Assembly (NCBI RefSeq): GCF_009914755.1
Contig: NC_060929.1
Reading direction: 5' to 3' (one strand)
Origin: the human T2T-CHM13v2.0 reference genome, Homo sapiens
DNA length: 64,000 bases
This document shows, piece by piece, positions 40,456 to 56,753 of this stretch. Each line of letters opens with the position of its first letter. Within the stretch, counting starts at the first letter, position 1. A program made the translations under genes and the position numbers. The notes under the pieces are model-generated. The model was not told the origin of the DNA, did no database searches, and worked only from the letters and a program-made list of their open reading frames with translations.

Positions 40456-43400
40456 GTAAGTGGCTTTGAACTGGCAGTGTTCTTCAGGCTGGGGTGTTGA
40501 ACATATCCATTTGTAAGGGAGAAACTTTCTGCCTTGTTCTATCCCCAGGGCATCCACAAGCCTCAATTTCCAGCTTCTTTGCTGCAGAACATTCTGTTTC
40601 AAAGAAAGTAGTGGTGATGCCTCTTTAAGACATGAGGGGTGAATTATTATTATGCCTTGTTGTCATGTGGTGCTCCTTAAGAGTCTTCAGAATAAAAAAA
40701 AAATCCAAACCTCTATCTTGTTGGTGGTGGAAGGAACACTTTAAGTCTGGCTTTGCCTTTTATGATCTCTGTAACCTTGAGAAAGTCTGTGACTCCTTCT
40801 CTGACATTTTTGTAATCTATAAAATAAGCTAAGTGGTTCTGGGTTTTTAGGTCACAGAAAGCAGCCTCTCCTGGGCATTTCAAAGAAGAAGATAAACAAC
40901 CAAATATAGGAAAAGTGTAGGTTTAGACCCTTCATAAAGCTCCAGATAGAACTTCAGAGATGGTCTATTTATACTGTGCAAACTGTTTTCAACTCTAAGA
41001 GCTATGTTTATATATGCAAATAAAACAAATGAAATGAAATATTTATTTGAAACAGGGTCTTTCCAAAGTAGAAGGTTCTCCCAAAGTTTTGAGACCATTT
41101 GGTTAGCTTTTTGCCTCTCCTTACCTCCAGAAGAAGATCAGAGGTAGCTTAGCCAAACTGGTGGGATAAATTTAGGAGACCAGTGAGCAAAAAACAGAGG
41201 AAAATCTATGTGGATAGCAGGTCCAAGGCAATATAAAAGATGGAGCAGCCAATTTAAAAAAATTGTTACACCAAAAAAGACTGATGTAGTAAATATTTTA
41301 TGGACATCGTAATATGTACATAGGAAGAATGTTTCTACAGTAAGTTTTGGCACCTTTTTCCTATTCCTTTGTACCTCTGCCACTCAAATTGATTTGATCT
41401 GTAATCAGGCATTTCCCAAGAGGTGTTTTCTAGCTCCTTCTGAGACATTTACAACAGCTACTACCATTTGGTGCTGGTGCCAGGATTGATCAATAGGACT
41501 GACAATAACCCTCCCTTCATAAATATGGAAAGCTAAAAACAAAAAACAAACAAATCGCAGAGTAGAGGATTTTAACTTTTTTAAAAAAGAAAACAGCCCT
41601 TTATTTAAAAATCTGTATAAACTGAATGACCTTTACACATCCTAAAGGTCTTATTAAAGTAGAAATTTAAAGTAATATTTAAAGAGGCAGGTATATACAC
41701 AGACAGGTACCTTCTTATGTAGCTTACAATAGGCTGTTACTATTTTACTTGTTCTAACTCTAGAGTCTTTCAAATCTAATTATAAATCACGTAAGAATTT
41801 GTACAAGTAGACCTTAGGCTGGGCATATTCCCTGCTCCATCATTCCCCAAAGCCATTTTTATTGGGAGTGTTCCTTTTCAGAAACTTGACCTCAATTAAT
41901 GGAGATACCTATCACACACTCCTCTGTATGGAGACAGAAAAAGCTTTGTCCATTGCTTCAAGTATGGGTCCTGATTCATTCTCTTCCTTTTGAATTGCAG
42001 GCAATCCAATTGTTATATGATACATTTCGTATTAAGTTTTAAGGAAGGTTCCTTAATTCTCAGGGGCTTTGGTGAATGGAAAATTAAATTAATTTGGAAA
42101 CGATACATCCCTTAACTCCATGACAATGTTCTTTTTACTAATATGAAAGAACAATCATTCCTCTGGTTGATAGCTCCACTTTTTCCTCTCTTCTTTCTGT
42201 CATAGAGATAATTAAAAATAGTGGTTAGAATCATTTAGATAAAGCATCAGCATGGTGTGTTAAGCCAGTCTTATAATTTCTGGCAAATTTTCAGTGTAGG
42301 TTTTTGACAGAAATTCTTTGTTGAGGTGCAAAATTATCTATCTTCAATGTAAATCAGATATATTTCAAATAATATAAATTATTTTTCACACTTAAAAATT
42401 ATTTTCTTTAAAACAATGCTGGTACCAGGCCAGTGCTAATTCACTCACCTTTTTTTTTTGGCATTGAAATAAGTTATTTATGTCTACATCTCACTTCTGG
42501 ATGAATATAGCTCTTCTCTGAGCCAACCAAAGCTCAGATCCCTGAGCTGCTTCTACTCTAATACCTCCTCATGCTGCTCAGTTTCCATAAGTTCATGAAA
42601 AAGTCTCTGAAATATTATTATCTTCAGATTTGCCTCTAATCTTCTACAATCTACTAGTTTCTTATTAAAAAAAAAACCCTTTAAGTCTATAGACAGTCAG
42701 GCCTGGGACCTCATTCTAGGGCCTCCATTCTCCTGCTCTGTGGATGCCCACACTCCCATCAGGGTTCAGCCACTTGGGAATCCTTCACTTTCCCCCATCG
42801 TCAGTCACAATAGTAGATTAATAGCCATTACTATCATTGCAATTAAAACATAATCCAATTTCTTCCTCTTTAGGTACATTAGGAGCTCTTAAGGCACATC
42901 TGATTTTAGGAGTGTGAAAATCAGTTTTATAATAGTGTATACAATACTGTATACTATTATATGTACTATTGTGGTCTGTTAGATTGTGAAACATTTAAAA
43001 GAAGTACAATACAAAGATTTTGTGCTTATGGAACTTGTAGTATAGTTAGAAAAGGAAATTAACACTCGTTGGATAATTATGTACTTCTATAAGCAAATAT
43101 CAAATTGTATAAATATTATGCATAGCTAGCATTTATTGAATACATACCATATGTTAGGCATTATCTTTGCCTTATTTCTAATTCTCACAACCCAACTTTT
43201 AATTTATTACTATCCTATTTTACCTGAGAAATCTGCATGTAGGACAGTTAAATAAGTGAAATAACTTGTTCAGGGTTGCACATGCTGAATGGCTAAGAGG
43301 GGATTCCAAGCTAGGTCTATCACATTCTAACACTGCGCTAATTAAGAGTCTTCTTGACTAATGTGGTGGTTATTTTTTTTGAAAATGGCAATCTTGAGTG

Positions 43401-44134
43401 ATGCATCTGGGATGGTGAAATGTTTTTGAAAGAGTTCACATTGAAGGCATGCAGGAGAAGAAATAATGAGGAGCAACAGTGGTATGCTTAAGTATAGGCA
43501 TTCCTATGATAATTCCAGGAATCCTTGCATTATGCTATAATATAAGTGTGCTGGAAATTATTTAGTTGTAGGTAGTTATGATTGTTTAACAACTCTCACA
43601 AATCACTTATTTGGAAATATATTTAGCACAGATGGCTTGTCATCTCATTGTGCTTTAATAACCAAGCAGTGAACTGCTCTTCCCAACTTATAGTATTTTT
43701 ATGCATTTATATTATGTGTAAATAATTCATTAAGATCCACATCATCTTAGCCTATTATATATTTCAAAGAAAAGAGGCAAAATGGTTTCATAGTATGAAA
43801 GCCATCGTGGGTTGAAACACTATACCATTTTCTCTACCAAGACAGGTTTCAGACATTGATTTAATTTGGATCACTCTATTCATTTTAAACTGCCCCCAAA
43901 TAGAACTGTTTCTAAGTTAGGAAACCAAGATATAGAGAGGCTAAGCGATTTGACCTTACCTTACAGTTAGTACCAGAGCAGAGCCTAAAATCCAGGTCTC
44001 CTGCTAGGTGGGCTAGTCTGGTTTCTACTACATTATACTTCTTCTCAAGGTAAGTGTTGTATGACAAAAATTGTAATAAATCTCAACCTGGTTGTCAGTG
44101 GAATCCTCCAGCTATAGAAAAAAATCAAACTTGA

Positions 44135-44497
<363 letters not shown>

Positions 44498-44679
44498 TGA
44501 GTGGGAAAGCGCTCCTCATTTTCTACTTGATGGTTTGCTTTCTTGTCACGTGCTGCATAGGGATTTTCTGATTCTTCAAACTGGATTAGTAGATTTGCAA
44601 CAGTCTACATTCAAATAAAGCATTTTAACAAGTAATAGACACATTTATACTTCCTGAATGCGTTACACCTCCTCTCTGT

Positions 44680-45044
44680 GGAAGCAGGAAAGAATGGGAG
44701 GGTCAGAGTACGCAGGGTTCAGATTAGCTAGTTTGAACAACTTCAACTTACTCTGGGACACAGGAACGATCCCTCAGTTGCCTGGCACTTAATAAGTCCT
44801 GGAGCGATTAGGGCAGGTGGATAGTGGCCCAGAGTGTGAAAGCCCTATAATGGAGGTGGTTGGGAGTGTGTGCTCTGGATTGGTTGGTTTGCCTTTGAAA
44901 AGAGTGCTCCAGTAAGTTGTTTACTATCTCTAGAAACTGGCTAATCCTGGGAGGGTCAGTCCCTGCAGAATCAGTGAGGCCCCAAATGTCAAAGCATCAG
45001 AATACAAAAAATAAAAAATCTAAAAATAAAAGACATGGTTAATA
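44680..45044 (-). mobile_element. MER74/MER73-group ERVL LTR fragment
   Basis: Antisense start TATTAACCATGTCTTTTATTTT...GTATTCTGATGCTTTGACAT...; family assigned from memory. Confidence 0.6.
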
Positions 45045-45249
45045 TGGAGGGAAAGTTCTTGGGGCCTCAGGGGCAGTCTCTGTCACTAATTTCACTCTGA
45101 CAAATGCTGTGATTCCCAACTGTCTCACTACAGGATTGGTATATTTTTGGGTCTCAGTATTTGGAGACCTAGTACATTGAGTCAGGAAAAGATCTGACAG
45201 ATTTTCTGGCTCAACCTCCTCATTTGATGATACTACTAATAATAGCAAC

Positions 45250-47920
45250 ATTTATCAAGCCCAGTGCTGACCCATAAAATAAGCACTTTATGTTTCCATG
45301 CATTTTAAAATTTATTTTTTGCAACAACCAAATAAACCAAGGTGGTATTATTAGCTCTCTTTTATAGCAAGGAAACAGAAAACCAGAAAGACAAAGTGAT
45401 TTGCCCAAGGTTATAGTCACAAGCAGGATTCCAACCTGGGCACTGAGCGCAAAGCCCATGTACTTGACCACATGGTAGAAGAGATCCAGGGAGGCCAAGT
45501 GATTTGTCAGAAGTTTCAGATCTGATATTAAATTCCACATATTTTAATTCATAGCAAGTACTTTTTCCATGCTGTATAATTACTCAGTATCTTTCAGTAG
45601 TTTCTTATGACCTGTCCAAGATATTATTTATAGTTACAGAAAAGAACCAGTTGTTTTGCTTGGAACTTACTATCTGGCAGCATGAGCACTTTGTGCATTA
45701 TCTGTTTTGTGTTTAAAACACATAGATATGCACAGAAGGAGGGACTGGAACACATTCAACTAACTTCTTCCTGCACATTTCTGGAATGCTGTTTCTGCTG
45801 TTGGAGAACGTGAACATAAAGAAAAGGGCATGAAAGAAGGAGTCTAATGGCATAAATACCTACAGGAAAATATTTCTGCCTATAATCTTTGCATTTGGTG
45901 CTCAGGTGGCCTAGTCACCCTACCCATTGATTCCAGGAAAACAATCAGGTCCTCTGGTCTATTTATAAGGAAACAACACTTTCTGCCCAGGCAAGCTTCT
46001 TAAGAAAACCACCAAAGCCAGTGACAGCTGCCAAGACCATTCTTGGTGCTGTCATTTGTATGCTCTTTTCCCCCATCACATTTCTTCTAACTTAGCATCT
46101 GCTTTTCCTGAGAGATTGAGAAAGGCAAGATTTAGTTTTACTCTTGAGAGAAAGCTGATACTGTGTCTGAAATGTCAAGATGCCTGAAAACATTCACTCT
46201 GTCAGGCAGCTGAACGCAGGAGCTCCTACATCCCACTGTGTTTAACCACTCTTCTCAGCATTGACAAAATACAAAGGATGGTACGGGCATTGTTCCTGGC
46301 TTAATAGAGCTTACCAACTGCATGGGAAGACAGGAAAACAAACATAGAAGAAAGGATCAACCTGTGGATCAGTAACTGTGTTCTGCCAAGGGGTAGAGTG
46401 GCCTAGTGGCTTGAGCAGGGACTTTGGAGTCTGGTGACCCAGGGTTCAAATGTTGTCCCTGATTCTCACTAGGGTTTGACCTCAAGCCCTGACTTCTCTG
46501 TGCTTCCATTTCCTCGTTTATGTAGTGGGGGGAAATAACACCTACCCCTGAGCTGTTAAGTATTTGCTATGGTAAATTATACTTAGTTCAATACTGGGCA
46601 CAAACCAGGCACTCACAAATGTTAGTTTTCTTCTTTTCTAAAAATAGTGTACCAAAATTCAGACTTTTGTATTCAATTAAGTAATTTAATTGAATCCAAT
46701 ACTTGTTGGTGCCTACTGTGTGCCAGGCACTGTGCCAGGCATTGGACATATAATGGTAGAGCACGCCAAGGGTCTGCCATATGGAGCCATAAGGAGATCG
46801 AATTCCACTGCTGCTATAAATGGTCCAAAAGGCCTGAGCACAGCACACACAGGGAGGATGCCCAACACCATCCTGGGGACTCGGGAAGGTTTCCTGGGTG
46901 TAACAACAATGGGAAGGGGAAGCCTATTTTAGGTGATCAGTGCGGATTGATACAAGATGCTAACTGAGCTAACAAAGCCTGATTTTCCTCCCATTTTGCC
47001 CCTGTTTGAGCAGAGGTGGATTGATACTGTTGGGGCTTGAAGCTTTTACAGTTTGCCAGTCCTCTTTAAGGAAAAAGATACACAATGTCTTTCTTATGAA
47101 TAAGTGACAGAAAGCAGGTGACCATACAAACACATTGCTAAAGCCCACTTGGAAGGTACCCAAAGCCTAATCTTTAATCAGCTTCATGGAAATCCACCTC
47201 TACTTTTGTCGAAAATTTACCTGTGATTCTATAGGGACTGACAGACACATGTGGGAGATGGGAAACATTGACAACTAGTACCAAAGAGCAATGTACAGTG
47301 GAACATGCAGGCAAAGATGTGTGAAGACAGTGGGATAAAGAAGAGGCATCGGGGCAGGAGACTGGATTTGAGACCTCTCTGTGTAACCTTGGGACAAATG
47401 ACTTCACCTTTCTGGGAAGCAGTTATCTGATCTGTAAAATGAAGAGGATCCACTCAACTGAAAAAAAAACAAACAAAAAAAACCCCCAATCTGGCATTCA
47501 GTGATCCCTAATGTGCCACATACAGCTGTGTGTGGTTTATAGGTAGTGAGTTATCTAATCCTCACAAAAACCCTGTGAGATAGATGCTATTCTTGTCTTT
47601 AGTTTACAAATGAGTAAACTGAGGCATAGAGTGTGTGAATACCTTGCCCAGGGTCACATAGACAAGAAGTGGCTAGCAGATTTAAGTATGGACCACCTAG
47701 CTTTGGAGCTTTTTCTCTTAATCCATTCTGCTGCACCCTTTCTCTATAAGTACAACATTTGAGTAATTGCTCTCGACCAGCCACTGTGCATATTTTATTT
47801 GCAATGCTGGAAATTTTATTTTTAACCTCAAAATGTTGGTATTAATATTGCTCTTTATAAGGTAAGAGGAAACCAAGACTCAGAGAGTTTAAATAATTCC
47901 CCCCTGGTCACATAACTCTT
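45250..47920. mobile_element. Cluster of MIR and L2 fragments in both orientations
   Basis: MIR cores at ~45270-45450(-), 46395-46630(+), 47350-47450(+), 47530-47710(-); L2-like GCCTACTGTGTGCCAGGCACTGTG at ~46710. Confidence 0.7.
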
Positions 47921-48161
47921 TATACTGCTTATAGAGTAACTTCAAGCCTTATAACTGATTAAAATAATAAATCAAATGGTAGCCAACAATCAATGGAGGA
48001 AAAAGTTTTTCCAGGAATACATAAGGTAAAATGGACAAATCATGACATTATATTCCATCCAGATTAATCTCTTTCATGATCCTCTAGTCAGCCCAATTCC
48101 TACAGGACTTCTATCCCAAGACTGCTAAGCAGCTCTCAAAGCTTCTAAAAATTCAAATACC

Positions 48162-48543
<382 letters not shown>

Positions 48544-49079
48544 TTAAACCAATTAAATCTTTTAATGAAAATTCTTCTAATATGTGCTGCACATTTGTTT
48601 ATCATAAGGGAAAAAAAGAACATGAAAGATAAGCCAACTTGACGCTCAGGATTATCAGCATCTGATGATGTTTTCTGTATACTTGGTTCTACTTAGTATG
48701 TTTTCTTTTCTTTCTTCAGTGTCAAACTGTCCGTCTTCATGTTTCTAGCTGCTTTCCTTTCTCATTCTAATTTTTAGCTTTCATTAAGTTTCTTTTTTCT
48801 TATAAACCATGTTCATTGTCATTTGTTAGCCAAGTTGAGAGGAAAGTGGCTCAATATGTAGGTATGAAGATCTTTTAAATTAGTATGCATGAGCTTTGTA
48901 GTAGGGGCACTGGGGAGATCTAATTTAGTCTCACAGAAGCCTCCCTTTGCACTGTTTTGTAATCTTCATAAATTTACCAACCAAAATGTTTAATCTGCCT
49001 GAACACATTGGTGTTACTTTTATATTAGGCCTATTCTAGACTTACTTGGTTCTAAATCCCCCTAAGACAAAAATATCAC

Positions 49080-49335
49080 ACAGTGGTTTTGTGATCAAGA
49101 ATGGGCCCCAAAGCCAGGCTGTCTGAGTTCAAATTATGGCTGTAAGATTTGTGGATATTATGACCTTGGACAAGTTAATTAACTTCTCCATGCCAGTGTT
49201 TTCATCTGTAAACTGGGGACAATAATAATATTTTGCTTATAGTCTTATCGTAAAGATGAAATAAAATGATATTTACAAAGTTCTTAGCACAATACCTGGC
49301 ATATAGTAAGTACTCAAGAAACAAATCATTATTAT
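49080..49335 (+). mobile_element. MIR
   Basis: GTGATCAAGAATGG...GACCTTGGACAAGTTAATTAAC...CATCTGTAAACTGGGG...CCTGGCATATAGTAAGTACTCAA. Confidence 0.8.
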
Positions 49336-49933
49336 TTCTCTCAACAGCCTTTATTTTATGGGCCAAACCTATTTAACGCCATACTTTCTGAAATAGCAAG
49401 TAGTAGTACTTTTTTTGGTAAATAAATTGCCAGTTTGCAGGCAGGTATTTATATGAAGAACTTCAATTTTGGTGTCCTGAAGTAATGATATATACAAGCA
49501 TATTGACAAGGTGGCATATCTTCTGGATTGCTCTCTGGATCACCTGGATTGCTCTCACCAACCACTGGTAAATTTTAATATGCCCAAGTGCAGTGAGCTG
49601 TGTTGTTGAGGTGTTTCCTGGTGTTTTGGAGCCATCTATGCATTTAAATAGAGTCATCAACTGCACAGGAAAGGCAAAACCATACAGCTTATTTATTAAA
49701 TGCTCATAAAATTGATGCCCTGCCCTAGAGCAAAACAATTATAAATCACTGGATCCACAGAGAGCTGTAATTCACCTATTGGGATATGATTTCCTCAGGA
49801 TATTGCCTACTGATGTCAGCAGCTTCTGGTCTAAGATGTGAGCTGTGTCCATGCCACCAGGTCACCTGTAGTTATTTTTCTATTGATTCATTTACAGTTA
49901 TACTGAACTGACCAGTTTTTCTGGCATTAAACA

Positions 49934-50052
49934 CAGCTACTCGGGAGGCTGAGGCAGGAGAATGGCGTGAACCCGGGAAGCGGAGCTTGCAGTGAGCCGA
50001 GATTGCGCCACTGCAGTCCGCAGTCCGGCCTGGGCGACAGAGCGAGACTCCG

Positions 50053-50090
<38 letters not shown>
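49934..50090 (+). mobile_element. 5'-truncated AluYb8 (human-specific)
   Basis: Diagnostic 7-bp duplication CTGCAGTCCGCAGTCCGGCC, plus GGGAAGCGG and GAGATTGCG; intact CpGs; pure A34 tail; TSD AAACACAGCT (49929-49938 / 50088-50097). Confidence 0.95.
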
Positions 50091-50091
<1 letters not shown>

Positions 50092-50446
50092 ACAGCTTAA
50101 ATTCGGTGCAAATTAAGCATTTAATTACCCCATATTTATTTTTCAAGCCAGACTTAAGAAAAAAGTACAGCATTTTTCTAGTTGGATAGTACTTATTTTC
50201 AGTAGTAGGCATATTCTTCTTTTTCCTTGTGCTTTTACTTTCCTAACACTAATTTTGCTAGTCCTGAACATTGCCACTGTGGCAGCTAAACAGCGAGATA
50301 AGAGATAGCAAATGTGAGCATCACTTGATACAAATCACTTTGCTGAAGGTGCTGATGCATATGAAGGGAAGGAAAGCAAGGTCTCCATCTTGTTTTACTA
50401 TCTCTGGAGCAACTAAATCAATTTAAAAATGTTTACAAAGCATCGG

Positions 50447-51290
<844 letters not shown>

Positions 51291-51477
51291 TGGAAAGCAA
51301 AGAAACATATCCAGCACAAGAAAGAAGGGCTGGGATTCAGAGGGTGCCTTCCGCCTTGCCAGGCTGAGCACGCTCCCTGCTGCCTGAGCAAGGTTCCCAC
51401 ACAACAACAGCCGACCCACACTGGCCTCTGACAAACATGTTTCCTCCAAAAGATAAGTCAATCTGTTTTTTATAAAG

Positions 51478-51626
51478 GGCTGGGCATGGTGGCTCATGCC
51501 TGTAATCCTGACACTTTGGGAGGTGGAGGCGAGAGGATTGCTTGAGTACCCAGAAGTTCAATACCAGCTTGGGCAACATAGTGAGACCTCACTTCTGGAA
51601 AAAAAAAAAAAAAAAAAAAAAAAAAA
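51478..51626 (+). mobile_element. FLAM_C-like Alu monomer
   Basis: Single arm with GAGGATTGCTTGAG...GGGCAACATAGTGAGACC and an A tail. Confidence 0.88.
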
Positions 51627-52099
51627 GGTGAAATTTATTTAATTATTTATTTAATTTTTAAAAACACTTGAAAAGAATATTACTTGTTATAATTAAATTC
51701 TTCTCACTCTTTTGGTAATCTGGCAGGTGGTAGATTTTTTTAAATTTTTTTTGTTGGAGATGGCAATCCTCCGTCAATTACCCATTTGTATTTATTTATT
51801 AACATTATTTTGGTTTTGGAAGCCCAAATATCTGGGATTCAGTGATGTGGAGGGTAGTATAGACGCCCCTGGGCTATGTATAGCTGGACAGTATAAAGGA
51901 AGCAGCTGGAGAGCCAGGCAGGGGCTGTATTTTAGTCAAACAACTCCTGGTGCAGCTTAAAGCACCAGACATTTATGAATGACTGCAGTGTGCTACGCAA
52001 AGTGCTAGGCCATGGAGGAGAGGGAGCCAAGAGTTTTTAAGCTTCCTATCTTCTAGTAACTTACTAAATAATGACATAGAAACAGGCGTGGAAATAAAC

Positions 52100-52624
52100 A
52101 AAAGACCAGCCAAATGAGAATAGGCTTAGCTATAGCAAAGGGATCAGCCACCATCACTTGCATTTTGGCAGAGACTCAAAGGCAAGCAGAGGAGTGGGAA
52201 AGCTTTATAATGGAAAAAAGGGGAGCGTTTATGTATGCCCTGGTTGCAGGCTGTTAGCATGGGGAAACTGTAGGCATGCTAACAAGAAGTGAGACATCCT
52301 ATGTTATTGGCTGGTGGTGCATATTTTGCTTTCTTTGATTGATCCTAAATTGGAAGCAGGGACAAAAATTGGGGAAGCTGTCAGTGATTAATCAAGTCCT
52401 GGACCTTTTGGGAAAATTATTACAAAAGTTTTTGCTAAGCCTCCAAGATTGTCACTAATTAGAGCAGTGTGGCTTCCCGCAAGTCTGACTTCTAACAGGC
52501 TGGCTTTCCTGGTGTTTATTGTAGATAAGGAGGTTGGTTTCCTGGGAAGGTTGCTGCAGGTTGTGGGTCAAAGTTCTGCTTTTACATGTGTTCTGGGTGT
52601 TGTCTATTTGTACGTTGAGTCTCA
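52100..52624 (-). mobile_element. ERV LTR-like element (MER90-like, uncertain)
   Basis: Antisense TGAGAC...GCAGAACTTTGACCCACAACCTGCAGCAACC...GGAAACCAACC. Confidence 0.45.
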
Positions 52625-52861
52625 CAAATATACCTAACTCAGAACCAACTTTAATAAGAGCAGCAAGAGAGATAGCACAAGAAAAAGTAAAGGGTTTTGG
52701 GTGTCTGATAGCTTGGCTCTAGGCAAGTTATTAAACTCTGTAATGCATTGGTTTTAATTTTCTATAAAATAAGGATAATAATATTTGCCTTGCAGGCAAA
52801 ATATATTTGGCTTGTAGGGCTGTTTTAAGGAATTACCTAACATGTGTATTGTGCCTCTTTT

Positions 52862-53348
52862 GGTGTTCTCATATTTTTTGAACTCATTTCACCCTTAAAA
52901 ACTATTGAGGTCATCAATGACCTTGTTTTTATGTGGGTTATATCTACTGATATTTAATGTATTATAAATTAAAATGAAGAAAATTAAAAATATTTATTTT
53001 CATTTTAAAATAACAATAAACCCATTGTATGTACACATAAAGAACATATTTTAATGAAAAATAACTGCATTTTGAAAGACAGTACAATTAGTGAGAAAAG
53101 TGGCATTTAAAAAAATCTCATTATATCTGGCTTAATCAAAGACAGCTGATTTTTCATATCTGTTTCCTTATTCAACCTGTTGCTGTATCACACATCATGT
53201 AACCTCTGGAAATTTCCACTGTACACTCATGGGAGAAAGACAATGAGAAAGGCAAATAAAAACTTGGTATTCTTGTGAGAGTAGTTTTCAATTCAGAGAC
53301 CCTCTGAAAGACTTTAGGAACCTTCAGACCACATTTTCAATACCACTG
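52862..53348 (-). mobile_element. MER119-like hAT-Charlie DNA transposon
   Basis: TTTATGTGGGTTATATCTA...TCTGGCTTAAT...CCACTGTACACTC...GACCACATTTTCAATACCACTG. Confidence 0.75.
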
Positions 53349-54864
53349 CTCTAGACCATAGAAGGCACTCATATAAATCATTAATAATATTAGCAGAAGA
53401 CTACAGCAGTGTTGGCATTTATCACAAGGGGCACTTCTTTATAGAGGTCTGTCTTGATAAAGAGGCCTTGTTGTTGTCAATGATTGGAAAACTCCTATAT
53501 GCTGGCAGATTAAAGGCAGGAGATCTTCTGACAATAGGTGGCTTCCCTGGAAGCCAGGTCTGAGGCTCAGGACGAAGAGTGCAGGTCTTGCAAATGAAGA
53601 CTAAACCAGAGAGAAGTTCTTATTTTTCAGCAGTATCTGAGTGAGAGAATGAGTAAATGAAAACACAAATACACACCCTTTATACCAGTTATTTTCAACA
53701 ATATGGCAACAGCAAGTGCAAAGGACTGGAAAATAGGTCCTGTGGCCCCACCTCACTGCTCAAATCTGGCTCACTGGAGCAACAGTCTTCCCAGTTCTGA
53801 GAAGAGAGGCAGGTGACAAATATGATGAATCCTCCTTCCTCCATCCTCCATTTGCTTTACAAACTGGGCAACTGAGTGGAGAAGCCATTGGGTTTTCTGG
53901 CAAAATTCTGAAAAAGGGAGCATAGCTGGTGAAAACAAGCTCCTGGAATCTGAAATCCCAGTCTTTCAAAGTTTATCAGAAGCTAAATGTTCAATTACAT
54001 GAAGTTATGCATGACTGATAGGCTAATGTCTCAAATATTTAATGGTATTTAAATTTTAAAATAGTAGTTTGTGAAGCAAAGGAATGAATGAGCTTTCAGC
54101 AACAAGTTAAATCATGGGTCATCTTCCCTGGACTCTTCAGATTAGAGTCCCTGTGTGAAGGCTGACTCAGACTCACAAGGCATATTATTGACACTTTACT
54201 GTAATTGAGGGGGAGAAATGGACTGATATAAATTATTTCATTTTAATTAAACAATGGATCTGTCCTCCTACTATAAGAAAGGAAAAAGGTAATAGTTTTG
54301 TTTTTTGGGGTTTTTCCTCTCTTCAAATTTTGCAAAGCAATTAACCTTCAGGTTAAGACAAAACTCAGAATATTTTATCTCTACCACTTAATTTGTCACA
54401 AATTTACAGTCAATTGGAAATATAATAAAAGAGTGAGAATTGAAAGCATTTTTCTTACTTTGCTGTATGGCTAGCTTCTGCAAATGCTGTAGCAAGTTCT
54501 GTACATGTGGTTTTGAGAATGAAATTCTAAATTGAGTTTTATAATGACATAAAGGCTGAAAGCAGAGATTAAAGGAGAGAGGCTTCTTACTCAGAGACTG
54601 GTGAAAATCCAGATCTGCTGAGACCTTTCAGCCTGGCCTTGATGGTGACACATGAAAGTGATTCTACAGTTGGGAGGCACTCAAGTTTGCAGATGGCCTG
54701 ATCTCACAATATGAGAGAGATTCACATATGAAAGCAACCAGACAAAGAAGGCTGTAGAAACTAGAAGCCTGGGTGAACAGTTTTTTACGCTGGGGTTTAT
54801 CAGAACCATTGTCTCCCAGAGGAGTGTCTGGTCAATAATTTTAACATAGGAACCATGGTCTCTA

Positions 54865-55045
54865 CAGACCTCAAAGTGTGGTCCCAGAGTCAGTCCCTTG
54901 TCGGAATCACTTGGGGAATTTGTTATAACTGTAGATTTTGAACCCCATGTCAAGCCTACTGAATTCATATCTCTCTGTAAACAGAAGCAGGGAATATGGA
55001 TTTCTAATAAACTTCCCAGGTGATAACTGCCATTCTGAGAAACAG
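54865..55045 (+). mobile_element. MER5A-like
   Basis: CTCAAAGTGTGGTCC...ATCACTTGGGGAATTTGTTA...CCTACTGAAT...CCCAGGTGAT. Confidence 0.7.
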
Positions 55046-56421
55046 TTCATCCTGTCATATTGTGTCTGTTCACGGAGGGCTGAAGGGAGGTCTACTTCAG
55101 TCTATAAACATTGATGATGGATCGGGGAAGGGGCAGACCAAGGTCTTTTTCTCAGACCTCCTTCTGTTTTCTGTAGCCAGATAACAGTCTTAGATTGGCC
55201 CAAATATGGCAGCAGGCTGTAGGCCTATTCTTCGAGTGGCTGTGGACAGAGGGTATATGTGCCTGGAGAATAGCATCAAAGCTTAAGAGCTTCTGACATA
55301 CTGTATTTGACAATGGTTCTACTTGCTCTTTCATCCCCTTCTCTTCTTTCCCTACCAGCCTATTACCATCCCCTTCCCTCTCTCCATGACTGAATACAGT
55401 CCCACTTCTGTCTGATTGCTAACTTTGCTTTGGATTCTTTCTCTTTCCTCCTATTCACTACATTCTTAGCTATTGAAGTTTAGAAGCATTTTCTCTCCAT
55501 TCACCTTCATCTCAGTTTTCTATTCTAGTCTCTGAACTGGACATGAAGCAAAATGGGAGGTTCTAATACTATCTCTGTCTCAACCAAAGAGATGTTTGTC
55601 TCCTTAAGCTTTTTGGCATTTCCCACAGTGATTTGCAAATTTCTTTTTATGTCATGGAGTCATGTCTTTAAAGGAAGGCATATGGAAAATTCCAATGACT
55701 AGAGGGAACTGACCTGTTTTCAGCAGGCTAGGAAGCATACGGTTTCATTTCTTCAACTTCCCAACCCCTTACCTAGAGGAAGGCAGAGAGGGCTCATCCT
55801 GGAAAACCATTGCTCTACAACATCTTTTAGAATGAGGGCAGAAGAACCTACAGACACATCTCTGGCAGACTCCATCCATGGGGTAAGCCCCTTTAGAGAT
55901 GGCAGATCTTATGGAAAGAGCCCATAAAGTCTCTTAAAACTAGACTATAGGAAGGAAAGTAGAGGGGGAGGCACAAACGTAAAGACATCTAGCCCACAGG
56001 GAATCTGCCGTAACTCTAACATAACTTGTGTATTTGTGTGATAAGGATTCATTAGTAAATAGTGCCAGGAAAAACATTTAATATGGACATTCTCTCCAGG
56101 TAGAGAAGAGAAAAAAATTGAGATGAGACCAACAGTTAAAACTTTCCATATCTGAATAAAAGTCATATTATTAAGAGATACATGAATAATCTATCGTTCA
56201 GATTTTGATTTTTCTTAACTGCCTCTTCCACTAAGTTATATGGGCTCCTAAGGGTTATGGGCTGGACATTATTTAATTCAGGAGTCTCAGCATCTAGCAT
56301 TATTGGCCCACAGGAGATCTCAGTACATATTGAATTAATGAATGGGTATAGTAATATCTAACAGAGTTATGATCATGCTCGTTTACCCTATACATATTTA
56401 CTTGTTAAATTTGTTTGTTTG

Positions 56422-56753
<332 letters not shown>

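Noticed and set aside
40213-40500. 95-aa ORF as a stand-alone small GTPase
   Set aside because: It is exon 2 plus intronic read-through on both sides; the G3-G5 motifs lie in exons beyond this window.
42901-42960. Short AT-rich inverted repeats
   Set aside because: Short, bulged and low complexity; expected by chance.
52908-52923. AGGTCA-TCAA-TGACCT as an oestrogen response element
   Set aside because: Spacer is 4 nt rather than 3 and it lies in a DNA-transposon remnant.
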